A stretch of DNA of 64,000 nucleotides from Pseudorhodobacter sp. (GCF_034675685.1 NZ_JAUCDA010000013.1:111693-175692); one strand, 5' to 3'. Positions 32,703-44,029 are shown, numbered from the stretch's first letter. The notes: generated from the sequence alone by a model not told the origin. Numbers and translations are program-made.

Positions 32703-33206
32703 TCAGCCGGGCATGATACGGCCTGCAGGGCCGTGTTCGGCCTGCAGTTGATCAGCGGGGGCAATGACCGAATTGCCGGATTTGGGCGTTTCCTTCACAG
32801 GCTCCACCTGATCTGGCTCCACCTGATCTGGCCCCGTCTTCATGGGGTCCGCCTGATCTGACGCCGTTTCAGCGAAAAGCCCGACCGGAACGGGCGAGGG
32901 TTTGGGCGCATGGCGAACCGGCGGCACGGCTTTGTGACGGGCCATCGGTTCCAGCATTTCAACGGCTTCGGCATGCAGCTCGCGCCGGAAAACCAGCATG
33001 TTCTGGAACAGGGTTTTTGTACCCGTAAGCCCCGCTCTTTCGTCGCAAGGCAAGGTATCGGCGCGAAGATAGTCCCACCCCTCGCGCGCCATCTTGTTCA
33101 TCAAGGTGGTCAGCGCCACGGCAAAACGCTCGGCCGTGGTTTTGGCCGCTTTGGCCTTCTCGCCTTTTTTAGGGGCGGGAACCACCTGATATTCATAGCG
33201 TTTCAT
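32703..33206 (-). CDS. DUF4177 domain protein with proline/acid-rich tail
   Basis: ATG 33206 is preceded by GGAGG. MKRYEYQVVPAPKKGEK...MAREGWDYL is the DUF4177 pattern. The longer ORF-track start at 33338 is unlikely. Confidence 0.65.
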   Translation of the reverse strand: MKRYEYQVVPAPKKGEKAKAAKTTAERFAVALTTLMNKMAREGWDYLRADTLPCDERAGLTGTKTLFQNMLVFRRELHAEAVEMLEPMARHKAVPPVRHAPKPSPVPVGLFAETASDQADPMKTGPDQVEPDQVEPVKETPKSGNSVIAPADQLQAEHGPAGRIMPG

Positions 33207-33309
33207 GGGGCCTCCGGGATAGGTATCGAGGGAAACTAGCCGATTGGGCAGCGCGGGGAAAGGGGGTGTTTGCGAAGACGTGGCGCAGCAACCGGAAAGG
33301 GGGCAAAAG

Positions 33310-33327
33310 CCCCCCCCCAAAAAAAAA
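33310..33327. repeat. abutting homopolymers C9 A9
   Basis: C run 33310-33318 is followed directly by A run 33319-33327. It overlaps a GGGGGC-AAAA-GCCCCC hairpin (33299-33314) in the ldt / DUF4177 intergenic region. Confidence 0.9.
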
Positions 33328-33334
33328 GCGGCCC

Positions 33335-34030
33335 TCAATACAGCCCCGCCAAACCTGGCGGCAAGAGTGAGGGCAAAACAGTGACCGCAGCGCCATGGAC
33401 AGACCGATCATATAGATCAATCGCATCTTGATTGAGCATCCGAATACAGCCCGACGATACCGCGCGCCCCAACTCCTTGGCGCCAGCATCGCCATGGATG
33501 CGGTAGAGCGTATCAACGCCGTTCTGGAACAGATACAGCGCCCGCGCGCCAAGTGGATTGCCGGGGCCGGGCTGCATGCCGCCATTGGCGACCGAATAGG
33601 GGGCAAGATCGGGGCGGCGTTTGATCATATCGGCGGGCACTTTCCAGACTGGCCATTTACGGGTGAATTGCAGCCGCGCGGTGCCATTCCACGAAAACCC
33701 CTGCGCGCCAACGCTGACGCCATAGCGGATTGCCATGTCGGGGCTTTCGATGAAATGCAACAGGGCGGCATCGGGGTCGATCATGATGGTGCCGCGTGCC
33801 TGGTTGGGCCAAGGGTTTTGCACCTCTTGCCGCCAGAGTTCGGGGTTGATGATGCCCTCTTCGACCGCCGGAATTGGAAAGGGCTCGCCGTAAACCGGGC
33901 CATAAAACGCCGGAAGCGGCGGGTAGACCGGCGGCGGTGGCGGGGCCTGCACTTGTGCGAAAGGGGTTTGAACACAGGCCGAAAGGCCCGCCATTGCGCC
34001 ACAGGCGACAAAGCTGCGTCTGGTCAACAT
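33335..34030 (-). CDS. L,D-transpeptidase (YkuD domain)
   Basis: The start is best placed at ATG 34030 (MLTRRSFVACGAMAGLSAC, a Tat/lipoprotein-like signal). The catalytic motif is HGD...SSGCIRM. Confidence 0.88.
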   Translation of the reverse strand: MLTRRSFVACGAMAGLSACVQTPFAQVQAPPPPPVYPPLPAFYGPVYGEPFPIPAVEEGIINPELWRQEVQNPWPNQARGTIMIDPDAALLHFIESPDMAIRYGVSVGAQGFSWNGTARLQFTRKWPVWKVPADMIKRRPDLAPYSVANGGMQPGPGNPLGARALYLFQNGVDTLYRIHGDAGAKELGRAVSSGCIRMLNQDAIDLYDRSVHGAAVTVLPSLLPPGLAGLY

Positions 34031-34080
34031 TCTGAAAATCCTTGTTATTCTGATGGGGTGGCTGTGCGCCAAGCGACCGA

Positions 34081-34422
34081 TCAGATTACGCGGGGTGGGT
34101 CGCGGGGGGGTGATGGGCTTTGGCCCTGCCCCGGCCAATCAAGCGGGTGCATCTGCACTGTCGGGCCTTGCGTATCGGTGGCACCAACCGCCCTGTTCGG
34201 CAAAATGGAATCGGCACCGCAGAGAGAGCCGGGCAGAATCGCGGTGCGGCAGTGTTTGCGGGCCGTGATTTCTGCGCCTTTGGCATCATAAAGCCCGGTA
34301 TCGTCGGGCATGGCCGTTTGCGTGGCAAGCTGTGGTGCGGCGGCCACCGGGCCGGCGGCATAAGCGCCCCATGGCAAGATGAGAACCATCATCAACAGGG
34401 ATATGAATGCACGTATCGACAT
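34081..34422 (-). CDS. hypothetical small secreted protein
   Basis: ATG 34422 gives MSIRAFISLLMMVLILPWGAYAAGP, a clear signal peptide. Codon third positions resemble neighbouring genes. No family was recognised and there is no obvious Shine-Dalgarno sequence. Confidence 0.4.
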   Translation of the reverse strand: MSIRAFISLLMMVLILPWGAYAAGPVAAAPQLATQTAMPDDTGLYDAKGAEITARKHCRTAILPGSLCGADSILPNRAVGATDTQGPTVQMHPLDWPGQGQSPSPPRDPPRVI

Positions 34423-34529
34423 ATGGGGGTAATCGGCCATCTGGTCGCCGATGTCGAGCCTGCCCACGATCAACTTTGCCGTGATCGCGGGCAGTCTGGC
34501 AGAAAGTTGCGCAGATTACGCGCGCAATG

Positions 34530-36056
34530 TTACAGCCCCAGCTTTTGGGCCACCAGTTCTTGCACCATCGCCGGGGCCGCCTTGCCGCCCGTGGCCTTGA
34601 TGACCTGACCGACAAACCAGCCGGCAAGTTTCGGGTTGGCCTTTGCCTTTTCAACCTGTGCGGGGTTGGCGGCAATGATCTCATCCACAGCCGCCTCAAT
34701 CGCGCCGGTGTCGGTGACCTGTTTCATGCCATTTGCCGCCGCGACCTCGGCCGGGTTGCCGCCTTTGGTCCAGACCAGATCAAACAGATCCTTGGCCATT
34801 TTCCCCGAGATTTCGCCCGAAGTGATAAGGTCGATGATACCGCCAAGTTGATCGGCTGACATCGGGGTGTCTGCGATGGTCTGGCCTTCCTTGTTCAGGC
34901 GGCCGAAAAGTTCGTTGATAACCCAGTTGGCGGCAATTTTACCATCACGGCCCTGTGCGACGGATTCGAAAAAGCCCGCGCTGTCCAGATCGGCGGTCAG
35001 CACATTGGCGTCATAATCGGTCAGGCCGAAATCGCCCATGAAACGGGCCTTTTTGGCGTCGGGCAGTTCGGGCATGCTGGCGGCGATAGCATCGACCCAA
35101 GCCTGTTCGATTTCCAGGGGCAGCAGGTCAGGGCATGGAAAATAACGGTAATCATGCGCCTCTTCCTTGGACCGCATGGAGCGGGTTTCACCCTTGTCCG
35201 GGTCATAAAGGCGGGTTTCCTGAATGACCTCGCCGCCATCCTCCAGAATGGCAATCTGGCGGCGGGCTTCATAATCAATGGCTTGGGTCATGAACCTCAT
35301 GGAGTTCATGTTCTTGATCTCGCAGCGGGTGCCGAGATGGCTGAAATCCTGGGTCGCCTGGTATTTCTCATATTGGCCGGGGGGGCAGACCGACACGTTC
35401 ACATCGGCGCGCAGGTTGCCGTTTTGCATATTGCCGTCACAGGTGCCCAGATAGCGCAAAATCTGGCGCAGCTTGGTGACATAGGCCGTCGCTTCCTCGG
35501 CCGAGCGGATATCGGGGCGGGACACGATTTCCATCAGGGCGACACCGGTACGATTGAAATCTACGAAAGACATGGTCGGGTCCATGTCATGGATGGATTT
35601 GCCAGCGTCTTGCTCCAGATGGATGCGTTCGACGCGCACCAAACGGGCGATTCTTTGCCCATCAGCGCCGGGCGAAAGTTCAACCAGCACTTCGCCTTCG
35701 CCCACAATGGGGTGGTAAAGCTGGCTGATCTGATAGCCCTGCGGCAGATCCGGGTAAAAATAGTTTTTACGGTCAAACGCCGACCACAGATTGATTTTCG
35801 CCTTGAGCCCAAGCCCCGAGCGGACAGCCTGTTCCACACAATAGTCATTGATGACAGGCAGCATGCCGGGCATGGCGGCATCCACGAAAGCGACGTTTGA
35901 ATTGGGCTCCGCGCCGACCTGGGTAGAGGCACCCGAAAACAGTTTGGCGTTGGAAGATACCTGCGCATGGATTTCCAGCCCGATCACGAGTTCCCAATCT
36001 TGCTTTGCCCCGGCGATGACGCGAGGTTTCGGGTTTTCATAGGTCAGATCAAGCAT
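34530..36056 (-). CDS. gatB: Asp-tRNA(Asn)/Glu-tRNA(Gln) amidotransferase subunit B
   Basis: Start at ATG 36056 ([12 protein letters not shown]...). [13 protein letters not shown] and a C-terminal YqeY-like tail ...[22 protein letters not shown] are present. Confidence 0.93.
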   Translation of the reverse strand: MLDLTYENPKPRVIAGAKQDWELVIGLEIHAQVSSNAKLFSGASTQVGAEPNSNVAFVDAAMPGMLPVINDYCVEQAVRSGLGLKAKINLWSAFDRKNYFYPDLPQGYQISQLYHPIVGEGEVLVELSPGADGQRIARLVRVERIHLEQDAGKSIHDMDPTMSFVDFNRTGVALMEIVSRPDIRSAEEATAYVTKLRQILRYLGTCDGNMQNGNLRADVNVSVCPPGQYEKYQATQDFSHLGTRCEIKNMNSMRFMTQAIDYEARRQIAILEDGGEVIQETRLYDPDKGETRSMRSKEEAHDYRYFPCPDLLPLEIEQAWVDAIAASMPELPDAKKARFMGDFGLTDYDANVLTADLDSAGFFESVAQGRDGKIAANWVINELFGRLNKEGQTIADTPMSADQLGGIIDLITSGEISGKMAKDLFDLVWTKGGNPAEVAAANGMKQVTDTGAIEAAVDEIIAANPAQVEKAKANPKLAGWFVGQVIKATGGKAAPAMVQELVAQKLGL

Positions 36057-36128
36057 GGCGTGTCCCTTTTGGTGGCTTGGCGACTGCATAGTCCCTTGCA
36101 AGAAGCGGTTCAAGCGGGCTGTTATGCC

Positions 36129-38678
36129 CTAGCTGTCCAGCATGCGCCCCACCATTTCGCCAAGGTTGCGGCTAAGGCCGGGGGTGGCCTGTATGCGCCG
36201 CAGCTCTGCGCGGATCAGGGCCTGGCGGCCGGCACTGTAGCGGGGCCAGGTTTCAAACCCGGTGGACAGGCGGGCGGCAGTTTGCGGGTTAAGCTGATCC
36301 ATCCGCAAAAGCCATTCCGCAACAAAGGCATAGCCTGCCCCGTTGGCCGCATGAAAGCCCGCATGATGGCCGGCAAGCGTGCCGATCAGCGCGCGAAAAC
36401 GGTTCGGGTTTTTCCAGTTGAACAGCGGATGCGCGGTCAGCTCTTGCGCCACCGCAACGGCCTTGCCCGGTGTGGCCAGGCCAATGCGCAGCGCGAACCA
36501 CTTGTCCATCACATTGGCATCACCAGACCAGCGCTCCGCGAATAGTGCCGCCTCGGCCTCGCCCGCGCCGATATCAAGCAGGCACGACAGCGCCCCCACC
36601 GTGTCGGTCATATTGTCGGCTGTCGCATAGGCCATCTGCGCCGCAGCCCCATGATCAACGCGCGTAAGCAGCGCCAAAGCCGCATTCCCCAACGCCCGCC
36701 GCCCCGCCGCTTTTGCATCGGGGGTGAACGGGCCGGGATTGGCCATATCCGCGACCAGACCGGGCAGATGCGGTTCCATATGGGCGGCCAGGGCATCGCC
36801 CATCGCCCGGCGTGCGGCGTAAATACGATCAGGATCAGGGGTTTGCCCGGCGTCATGCAGGGTTTGGGCCATGTCGTCATCGCTTGGCAGGCGCAGACAG
36901 AGCGCGCGGAAAGCCGGGTCAAGACCGGCATCCAGAACCACGCGCGCCAGCGCCTTTGCCCAGGCTGGCGACAACTCGGCCCCGGCAGTCATGCGGGCCA
37001 GTTGGTCTTTGGCAAAGGCACGCCCCGCCTCCCACTTGTTGAAAGGATCGGTATCATGCGCCAGCAAAAAATCATGCTGGGGGTATTGCTGCGGATGATC
37101 CAGCACCACCGGCGCTGAAAAGCCCCGCAGGATCGACGGGCACGGGCGGTGGGCAAGACCCTTGAACTGGAAGCTCTGCCGCGTTTCGGTCATCTCCAGT
37201 ACGGTTGTGGGGCTGTGGGTTTCATCATCGCCAAACAAGAGGCCGACCGCAATCGGCAGCACCTTTGGGCCTTTCCATGGCTGGCCCGGTGTGGCGCGGT
37301 TTTCCTGTTCAAAATGAAGGGTATAGGTGCCGTCCTTAAAGTCATCTGTGACCTTCAGCCGGGGCGTTCCCGCCTCGGTGTACCAGCGTTTGAACTGGGT
37401 CAGATCGCGGCCCGTGGTGTCTTCAAAAACCCTGAGCCAGTCTTCGATTGTTGCGGCCTGGCCGTCATGGCGCGTAAAATACAGATCCAGCGCCTTTGCA
37501 TAGGCATCGTCGCCAACCAGAAGTTTCAGCATGCCGATCACCTCGGCGCCTTTTTCATAAATCGTGGCCGTATAGAAATTGTTGATTTCCATATAGCTTT
37601 CGGGCCGCACCGGATGGGCCAGCGGGCCCTGATCCTCACGGAACTGGCGGGCGCGCAGGGTCAGCACATCGTCAATGCGCTTGACGGCGTGGCCGCGCAT
37701 ATCGCCGGAAAACTGCTGGTCGCGGTAAACGGTCAGCCCCTCTTTCAGGCACAGTTGGAACCAATCGCGACAGGTGATGCGGTTGCCGCTCCAGTTGTGG
37801 AAGTATTCATGGGCTATCACGGCCTCGATACGGGCGTAATCATCATCTGTGGCTGTCTCGGCTGTGGCCAGCACCAGCTTGGAGTTGAAGATGTTCAACC
37901 CCTTGTTTTCCATAGCCCCCATATTGAAATCATCGACCGCAACGATATTGAAGATATCAAGATCATATTCGCGGCCGTAAACCTGTTCATCCCATTTCAT
38001 CGAGCGGATCAGGCTGTCCATGGCATAGGCGCATTTATGGGCATCGCCGGGCCGGACGTAGATGTTCAGCGCCACACTGCGGCCTGACATTGTGGTGAAA
38101 CTATCTGAATGGGCCACCAGATCCCCGGCGACCAGCGCAAACAGATAGGCCGGTTTTGGCCAGGGGTCGTGCCATGCGCCGGGGCCGGTTGGGTTGCCAT
38201 TGGAAAGCTGCACCGGCAAATCGGTTTCCATTGTCACGTCAAAGCGGGCCATCACATCGGGGCGGTCGGGGTAGAAGGTGATCTTGCGAAACCCCTGCGC
38301 CTCGCATTGCGTGCAATACATGCCGTTTGACATATAAAGACCGTCAAGCGAGGTGTTGGTTTGCGGCGAAATCTCGACCTCGGTTTCCAGCGTGAAGGCC
38401 CCCTTTGGCAGGTCTGCGAACGGGATCGTAAGGCCGGTTGCATCGGGTTGAAGCCCCAAAGGGCTGCCGTTCAGCGCCAGCGATTTAAGCACTAGCTGCT
38501 CGCCATCCAACCGCAAATCCTGGCCCGGTTCAGCCGCAGGATTAGGCGCAAAAGCCAGCCGCGCCTTGACCCGCGTTTGCGTGGGGTGCAGCGCGAAATG
38601 CAGGTCGACATGGCCCAAAAGATAGGGAAAGGGCTTATAATCGGCCAGAAGAATGGCGTGGGGGGCTGCGCTGCTCAT
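36129..38678 (-). CDS. pepN: aminopeptidase N
   Basis: 849 aa with the GAMEN exopeptidase motif and HEYFHNW-(18)-E zinc site. Confidence 0.95.
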   Translation of the reverse strand: MSSAAPHAILLADYKPFPYLLGHVDLHFALHPTQTRVKARLAFAPNPAAEPGQDLRLDGEQLVLKSLALNGSPLGLQPDATGLTIPFADLPKGAFTLETEVEISPQTNTSLDGLYMSNGMYCTQCEAQGFRKITFYPDRPDVMARFDVTMETDLPVQLSNGNPTGPGAWHDPWPKPAYLFALVAGDLVAHSDSFTTMSGRSVALNIYVRPGDAHKCAYAMDSLIRSMKWDEQVYGREYDLDIFNIVAVDDFNMGAMENKGLNIFNSKLVLATAETATDDDYARIEAVIAHEYFHNWSGNRITCRDWFQLCLKEGLTVYRDQQFSGDMRGHAVKRIDDVLTLRARQFREDQGPLAHPVRPESYMEINNFYTATIYEKGAEVIGMLKLLVGDDAYAKALDLYFTRHDGQAATIEDWLRVFEDTTGRDLTQFKRWYTEAGTPRLKVTDDFKDGTYTLHFEQENRATPGQPWKGPKVLPIAVGLLFGDDETHSPTTVLEMTETRQSFQFKGLAHRPCPSILRGFSAPVVLDHPQQYPQHDFLLAHDTDPFNKWEAGRAFAKDQLARMTAGAELSPAWAKALARVVLDAGLDPAFRALCLRLPSDDDMAQTLHDAGQTPDPDRIYAARRAMGDALAAHMEPHLPGLVADMANPGPFTPDAKAAGRRALGNAALALLTRVDHGAAAQMAYATADNMTDTVGALSCLLDIGAGEAEAALFAERWSGDANVMDKWFALRIGLATPGKAVAVAQELTAHPLFNWKNPNRFRALIGTLAGHHAGFHAANGAGYAFVAEWLLRMDQLNPQTAARLSTGFETWPRYSAGRQALIRAELRRIQATPGLSRNLGEMVGRMLDS

Positions 38679-38809
38679 GCTTTGGGCCTTTTCGCGGGTT
38701 CATTTGCGCCACGTTAACGGCGGGGCAGCAGGGATTCAACCGCGCTTTGGATGGGGTGCCGACACAAAAGGGGGTTTACGAATCCCGGCACCCGCTAGAT
38801 GTATGTTCT

Positions 38810-40270
38810 ATGAATGTTCTGGTTTGGTACAAGCGCGATTTGCGGGTGGAAGATCACCCTGCCCTTACCGATGCGGTGGGGATGGGCGCGGTTTTGCCGG
38901 TCTATATCGCCGAACCGGACTATTGGGCGCAGCCGGATACATCGGCGCGGCAATGGGGCTTTATCGCTGAAACGCTGGCCGGTTTGCGGCGCGATCTGGC
39001 GGGGCTGGGCGCGCCTTTGGTGGTGCGGGTCGGCTGCGCGGTGGAAGTGCTGGCGCGGCTGTGCAGGCAAAACAAGATCACCCGGATCATCAGCCATCAA
39101 GGCGCCGCCAATGCCTGGAGCGTTGCACGCGACCAGCGGGTTGCGGCCTGGGCCAGAGAGGCCGGGATTGAATGGCTGGAACTGTCACCGCGCGACGAGG
39201 TGCTGGCCGCGCCGCAACGCGTGCGGATGGTTGCCGCAATAGAGCCGGGCGTCATCCCCAACGCGCGGGCCCTGCGGCTGCGGCCCGATGACTGCCCGCA
39301 CCGGCAAGTGGGCGGGCGGGCGCAGGGCTTGGCCCTGTTGCACAGCTTTCTGGGCCAGCGCGGGTTGGGCTATCGGCAGGCAATCGCCTCGCCCTTGGGA
39401 ACCGAGCGGGCCTGTTCGCGGCTGTCACCCTATCTGACGATCGGGGCGATTTCAGAAGCCGAGGTGCGGCAGGCCGTGCAAGACCGGCTTGCCGCGCAGC
39501 CCGGCGCAGAATGGGCCGCGAATTTGCGGGCATTTCAAGGCCGGATTGCCTGGCGGGCGCATTTCAGCCAAACCTTGGCGGATGCGCCGCAGTTGGAACA
39601 TTGCGCGATGGATGCGGCAGCGGGGGCCTTGCCGGGCCGGATGCATGAAGGCGCGCGGTTCGAGGCATGGGTGGCGGGGCAAACCGGCCTGCCGTATCTG
39701 GATGCCTGCATGCGCTATCTGGCGGCGACTGGCTGGATCAACTTTCAGGCGCGGGCGATGGTGACAGCGGTCGCAACCTATCATCTGTGGCTGGATTGGC
39801 GGTCGGTAGGGCAGGTTCTGGCGCGACGCCTGACCGATTATGACCCCGGCCTGCACTGGCCACAGATTCAGCGCCACGCAGGCATGAGCGGGGGCGGCCG
39901 GATGCGGGTCTTTGATCCGGTAAAAGAAGCACTTGCGCATGATCCGGGCGGCAGTTTTACCCGGCGCTGGGTGCCGGAACTGGCCACGGTGCCGGATGCG
40001 TTTTTACAAACCCCTTGGAAATGGCCACAGGCCCAAACGGTTCTGGGCCAACGCTATCCCGAGCCGGTGATTGATCTGGCCCATGCGGCGCGTGCGGCGC
40101 GTGCGGCCATGGCAGGCGTGCGGCAGGCGACCAACCTTGCCCAAGACAGGCCGGAACTGATAGAGCCCCTTGCCGCCCCGGCCTCATCGCCCCTGTTTTT
40201 CGATCATCGCAAAGCCAGCCCGCGCCGCGCCCGCCCTGCCCCCGCGGGCCAATTATGCCTGGATTTGTGA
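38810..40270 (+). CDS. cryptochrome/photolyase family FAD-binding protein
   Basis: Start ATG 38810 (MNVLVWYKRDLRVEDHPAL). FAD-domain block TGLPYLDACMRYLAATGWINFQARAMV. The subclass was not assigned. Confidence 0.8.
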   Translation: MNVLVWYKRDLRVEDHPALTDAVGMGAVLPVYIAEPDYWAQPDTSARQWGFIAETLAGLRRDLAGLGAPLVVRVGCAVEVLARLCRQNKITRIISHQGAANAWSVARDQRVAAWAREAGIEWLELSPRDEVLAAPQRVRMVAAIEPGVIPNARALRLRPDDCPHRQVGGRAQGLALLHSFLGQRGLGYRQAIASPLGTERACSRLSPYLTIGAISEAEVRQAVQDRLAAQPGAEWAANLRAFQGRIAWRAHFSQTLADAPQLEHCAMDAAAGALPGRMHEGARFEAWVAGQTGLPYLDACMRYLAATGWINFQARAMVTAVATYHLWLDWRSVGQVLARRLTDYDPGLHWPQIQRHAGMSGGGRMRVFDPVKEALAHDPGGSFTRRWVPELATVPDAFLQTPWKWPQAQTVLGQRYPEPVIDLAHAARAARAAMAGVRQATNLAQDRPELIEPLAAPASSPLFFDHRKASPRRARPAPAGQLCLDL

Positions 40271-40589
40271 TGCCAAACACGGCGAAAATGCAAACCTTTT
40301 GCAAGATATCGGTGCAAGCGGTGGCACCCCCCGTTTCCCATGGCGCAAAGCATGGGTAGGGGGTTGGGCCACGCTTCGTTCAGGCGCTGATCGGCGTTGC
40401 GGCTTCAGGCCATCCGACAAAACAACCGGCTGGCAAATTCTGGGCTGGCGAATAACCGACCGGGATTTTCAAAAATCCCGAGAAAGTGATTTTGGCAAAG
40501 GCCAGTGGGAATCCGGGCAATCCATTTGCTTTTGGGGGCGATAAGGCCTAATTGTATTCCGTTGTATGCAGGCAGAAAAGGGCGTCACC

Positions 40590-42737
40590 ATGGCACAGAT
40601 GTTGGATAAAGCCGAAATCAAGGTAGATGCGCAACTGGCGCAGTTTATCCAGGACCGCGCCTTGCCGGGAACCGGGATTTCGGCGGATGTATTTTGGGCG
40701 GGGCTGTCGGGGATCATCAACACGCTTGGCCCCAAAAATCGCGCGCTGCTGGCCAAACGCGATGAAATTCAGGCGCAGATTGATGCCTGGCATATCGCCC
40801 ACCGCGACCAGCCGCATGATGCCGATGCCTATATGAAATTCCTGACCGAAATCGGCTATCTGGTGCCAGAGGGCGCGGATTTCACGATTGAGACGGCGAA
40901 TGTTGACCCGGAGATTGCCAAGATTGCTGGCCCGCAGCTTGTGGTGCCGATCACCAACGCCCGCTTTGCGCTGAATGCGGCGAATGCCCGTTGGGGCAGC
41001 CTGTATGATGCGTTTTACGGCACCGATGCGATGGGCGTGCAGCCCCCCAAAGGCGCGTATGAGCGTGGGCATGGCGCGCGGGTTGTGGCGCGGGCGCGGA
41101 TGTTTCTGGACCTTGCCTTTCCGATCAAAGGCGCCAGCCATTCCGACGTGCGCCGCTATCATGTGCAAGGCGGGCAGTTGCTGGTCGATGATATGCCGCT
41201 GATGGAGCCTGCAAAATTCGCCGGCTATCGCGGCAACCCCAAAGCGCCGGATGCGGTGCTGTTGGTCAATAATGGCCTGCATGTCGAACTGGTGTTTGAC
41301 CGCGCGCATCCGATGGGCAGCCGCGACCGCGCGCTGCTGGCCGATGTGCAGATGGAGGCGGCAATCTCGGCGATCATGGATTGCGAGGATTCTGTGGCCT
41401 GCGTTGATGCCGAGGATAAGGTGCTGGCCTATTCCAACTGGCTGGGCCTGATGAAAGGCGATCTGGAGGAAAGCTTTGAGAAGGATGGCAAGGTGGTGAC
41501 GCGCCGCCTTGCCGATGACCGCGCCTTTACCGCACCCGATGGCAGCAGCCTGACGCTTAAGGGCCGCGCGTTGATGCTGGTGCGCAATGTCGGGCATCTG
41601 ATGACCAACCCGGCGATTTTGGACGCTGACGGGAACGAGGCCTTTGAAGGGCTGATGGACGCCGTGATCACAACGCTGATCGCGATGCATGATTTGAAGC
41701 GTGAGGGCGGCAATTCGCTGACCGGCTCAGTCTATGTGGTAAAGCCCAAGATGCACGGGCCGCAAGAGGTTGCCTTTGCCGATGAGATTTTCACGGCTGT
41801 GGAAAAGATGCTCGGCCTGCCACAATACACGGTGAAGCTGGGGATCATGGATGAGGAACGCCGAACCACGGTGAACCTGAAAGAATGTATCCGCGCCGCG
41901 AAAAACCGGGTGTGTTTCATCAACACCGGCTTCCTCGACCGCACCGGCGATGAAATTCATACCAGCATGGAAGCCGGGCCGTTCAGCCGCAAAGACTTTA
42001 TCAAGCGCAAGGGCTGGATCGGCGCTTATGAGAATTTGAACGTCGATATCGGGCTGGAATGTGGGCTTTCGGGGCGCGCGCAGATTGGCAAGGGCATGTG
42101 GGCGATGCCCGACATGATGGCCGCGATGCTGGAACAAAAGATTGACCACCCCAAGGCCGGGGCGAATTGCGCTTGGGTCCCCTCGCCCACCGCGGCGATT
42201 TTGCACGCGCTGCATTACCACAAGATTGACGTGTTCGCGGTGCAAAAGCGGCTGGCCGCAGGCGGGCGGCGGGCGCATGTGAATGCGGTGCTGGAAATTC
42301 CGCTGGCAAGCTATCGGCGCTGGAGTGAGGCGCAGATCATGCAAGAGGTGGAAAACAACGCCCAGGGCATTCTGGGCTATGTGGTGCGCTGGATTGACCA
42401 GGGTGTTGGCTGCTCCAAGGTGCCCGATATCCATGATGTGGGCTTGATGGAAGACCGCGCGACCTGCCGGATTTCAAGCCAGGCGCTGGCCAACTGGATG
42501 CATCATGGCGTGGTATCCGAGGCCAGGGTGATGGACGCGATGCAAAAAATGGCTGTGGTGGTGGACCGTCAAAACGCCGGCGACCCGGCCTACCGGCCCA
42601 TGGCACCCGACTTTGACGGCATCGCCTTTCAGGCGGCTTGCGACCTTGTATTCAAGGGGCGCGAACAGCCCTCGGGCTATACCGAACCGGTGCTGCATGC
42701 GCGGCGGTTGGAATTGAAGGCGCAGCGCAATCGCTGA
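40590..42737 (+). CDS. glcB: malate synthase G
   Basis: About 715 aa from ATG 40590 ([12 protein letters not shown]...). Full-length MSG pattern including [23 protein letters not shown] and [13 protein letters not shown]. Confidence 0.95.
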   Translation: MAQMLDKAEIKVDAQLAQFIQDRALPGTGISADVFWAGLSGIINTLGPKNRALLAKRDEIQAQIDAWHIAHRDQPHDADAYMKFLTEIGYLVPEGADFTIETANVDPEIAKIAGPQLVVPITNARFALNAANARWGSLYDAFYGTDAMGVQPPKGAYERGHGARVVARARMFLDLAFPIKGASHSDVRRYHVQGGQLLVDDMPLMEPAKFAGYRGNPKAPDAVLLVNNGLHVELVFDRAHPMGSRDRALLADVQMEAAISAIMDCEDSVACVDAEDKVLAYSNWLGLMKGDLEESFEKDGKVVTRRLADDRAFTAPDGSSLTLKGRALMLVRNVGHLMTNPAILDADGNEAFEGLMDAVITTLIAMHDLKREGGNSLTGSVYVVKPKMHGPQEVAFADEIFTAVEKMLGLPQYTVKLGIMDEERRTTVNLKECIRAAKNRVCFINTGFLDRTGDEIHTSMEAGPFSRKDFIKRKGWIGAYENLNVDIGLECGLSGRAQIGKGMWAMPDMMAAMLEQKIDHPKAGANCAWVPSPTAAILHALHYHKIDVFAVQKRLAAGGRRAHVNAVLEIPLASYRRWSEAQIMQEVENNAQGILGYVVRWIDQGVGCSKVPDIHDVGLMEDRATCRISSQALANWMHHGVVSEARVMDAMQKMAVVVDRQNAGDPAYRPMAPDFDGIAFQAACDLVFKGREQPSGYTEPVLHARRLELKAQRNR

Positions 42738-42750
42738 CGGCTGGGCAATT

Positions 42751-42779
42751 GGGGGCGGTGGGTTTCACCCCCCCTTTTT
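42751..42779 (+). terminator. rho-independent terminator after glcB
   Basis: GGGGGCGGTG-GGTTT-CACCCCCCC stem-loop followed by TTTTT. Confidence 0.8.
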
Positions 42780-42953
42780 GCCCGGCGAAAAACCCGGTCC
42801 TTTTTTGCATTGCGCCGTCAAATGGCCAAAGGTTTCAGGTATTTTTGCCAAGATGAAGGCCAAGCAAGGCTTTGGGTCCGGGCAGCCAGGTTTGCTGCTG
42901 CGCTATGTGCCGTGATATGCACGCAATCCAATTCAAATTGCGTGCAAAGGCTG

Positions 42954-43208
42954 TCAACCGACATCCAGCGCAAGCGCGTGGATACGGGCAATAAGATCAG
43001 GGCCAAGGGCTGCATGCACAGCACGGTGGCGGGCCACGCGCCCCATCGCGGCAAAACCGGCCGCGCGTATGGTGACATTGAAATGCGTCTCGCCCGTTCC
43101 ATCATCGCCCGCGTGGCCGATATGGCGATGGCTGTCATTCACCACCTCAAGATGATCTGGCGCGAAGGCCCCGCTCAATTTGTCCTTAATTTCGTCGGCA
43201 ATGCGCAT
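42954..43208 (-). CDS. BolA family protein
   Basis: 84 aa with MRIADEIKDKL...LEVVNDSHRHIGHAG...FNVTI...HRAVHAAL, typical BolA blocks. Confidence 0.85.
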   Translation of the reverse strand: MRIADEIKDKLSGAFAPDHLEVVNDSHRHIGHAGDDGTGETHFNVTIRAAGFAAMGRVARHRAVHAALGPDLIARIHALALDVG

Positions 43209-43280
43209 AACTCTGTCAACCCCCTTCTATCCGTTGAACAATAGTCTAAACTCTCGCCTTCGAGTTGGAAAGGCAACATC

Positions 43281-43919
43281 ATGACAGCACGTCCCCCATT
43301 TGAATTCGATATGCGCGTTTCTTCGGACAAGAAGAAGCGCAAGACCGGGCGTCGCGGTATGTCGGGGGCGTTTGAGACGTCCAAAAAGACCTGCGAATTT
43401 GGCGGCTGCGAGGAGCCGGGCCTGTATCGCGCGCCTCAAAGCCCCGACCAGTTGGATGAGTTTCTGTGGTTTTGTAAAGACCATGTACGCGAATACAATC
43501 TGAAGTGGAATTTCTTTCAGGGCAGCACCGAGGAAGAGCTGGCAGCTTTTGCCGATAAAGACCGGGTCTGGGGCCGGGAAACCAAGCCGTTCAACAAGCG
43601 CCCCGATGAGGGTCATGTCTGGTCGCGCCTTGGGGTGAATGACCCGATGGAAATCCTGGGCGAGAAAGGCACGCAAAACCCCGGCAAGATCAACCCGGCA
43701 GCGGCAACGCGCAAGCTGCCCTCGACCGAGCGCAAGGCGCTGGAGATTTTGGATGCGCGAGATACCTGGACCAAGCCAGAAATTCGCAAGCAATACAAAA
43801 GTTTGGTGAAGGATCTTCATCCGGATATGAACGGTGGTGACCGCTCCGATGAAGAGCGCTTGCAAGAGGTGGTCTGGGCTTGGGACCAGATCAAGGAAAG
43901 CCGGTTTTTCCGCGATTAG
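43281..43919 (+). CDS. J-domain (DnaJ-like) protein
   Basis: 212 aa. C-terminal J domain with an HPD motif (YKSLVKDLHPDMNGGD). It is divergent from the bolA-like gene. Confidence 0.8.
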   Translation: MTARPPFEFDMRVSSDKKKRKTGRRGMSGAFETSKKTCEFGGCEEPGLYRAPQSPDQLDEFLWFCKDHVREYNLKWNFFQGSTEEELAAFADKDRVWGRETKPFNKRPDEGHVWSRLGVNDPMEILGEKGTQNPGKINPAAATRKLPSTERKALEILDARDTWTKPEIRKQYKSLVKDLHPDMNGGDRSDEERLQEVVWAWDQIKESRFFRD

Positions 43920-44029
43920 ATCGGTCTTCGAAAAGGCCCGCGCCCGGTAAATATCATGCTGGGTGCGGGAAAACTTGGCTGATGGGTCTTGACGCCGCGC
44001 ACGGTCCTGACTAATCAATGCGGCACAGA

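Noticed and set aside
32802-32831. Tandem 15-bp direct repeat (CTCCACCTGATCTGG x2)
   Set aside because: It lies inside the low-complexity tail of the DUF4177 protein and simply encodes a duplicated DQVEP pentapeptide. It is not a regulatory or mobile repeat.
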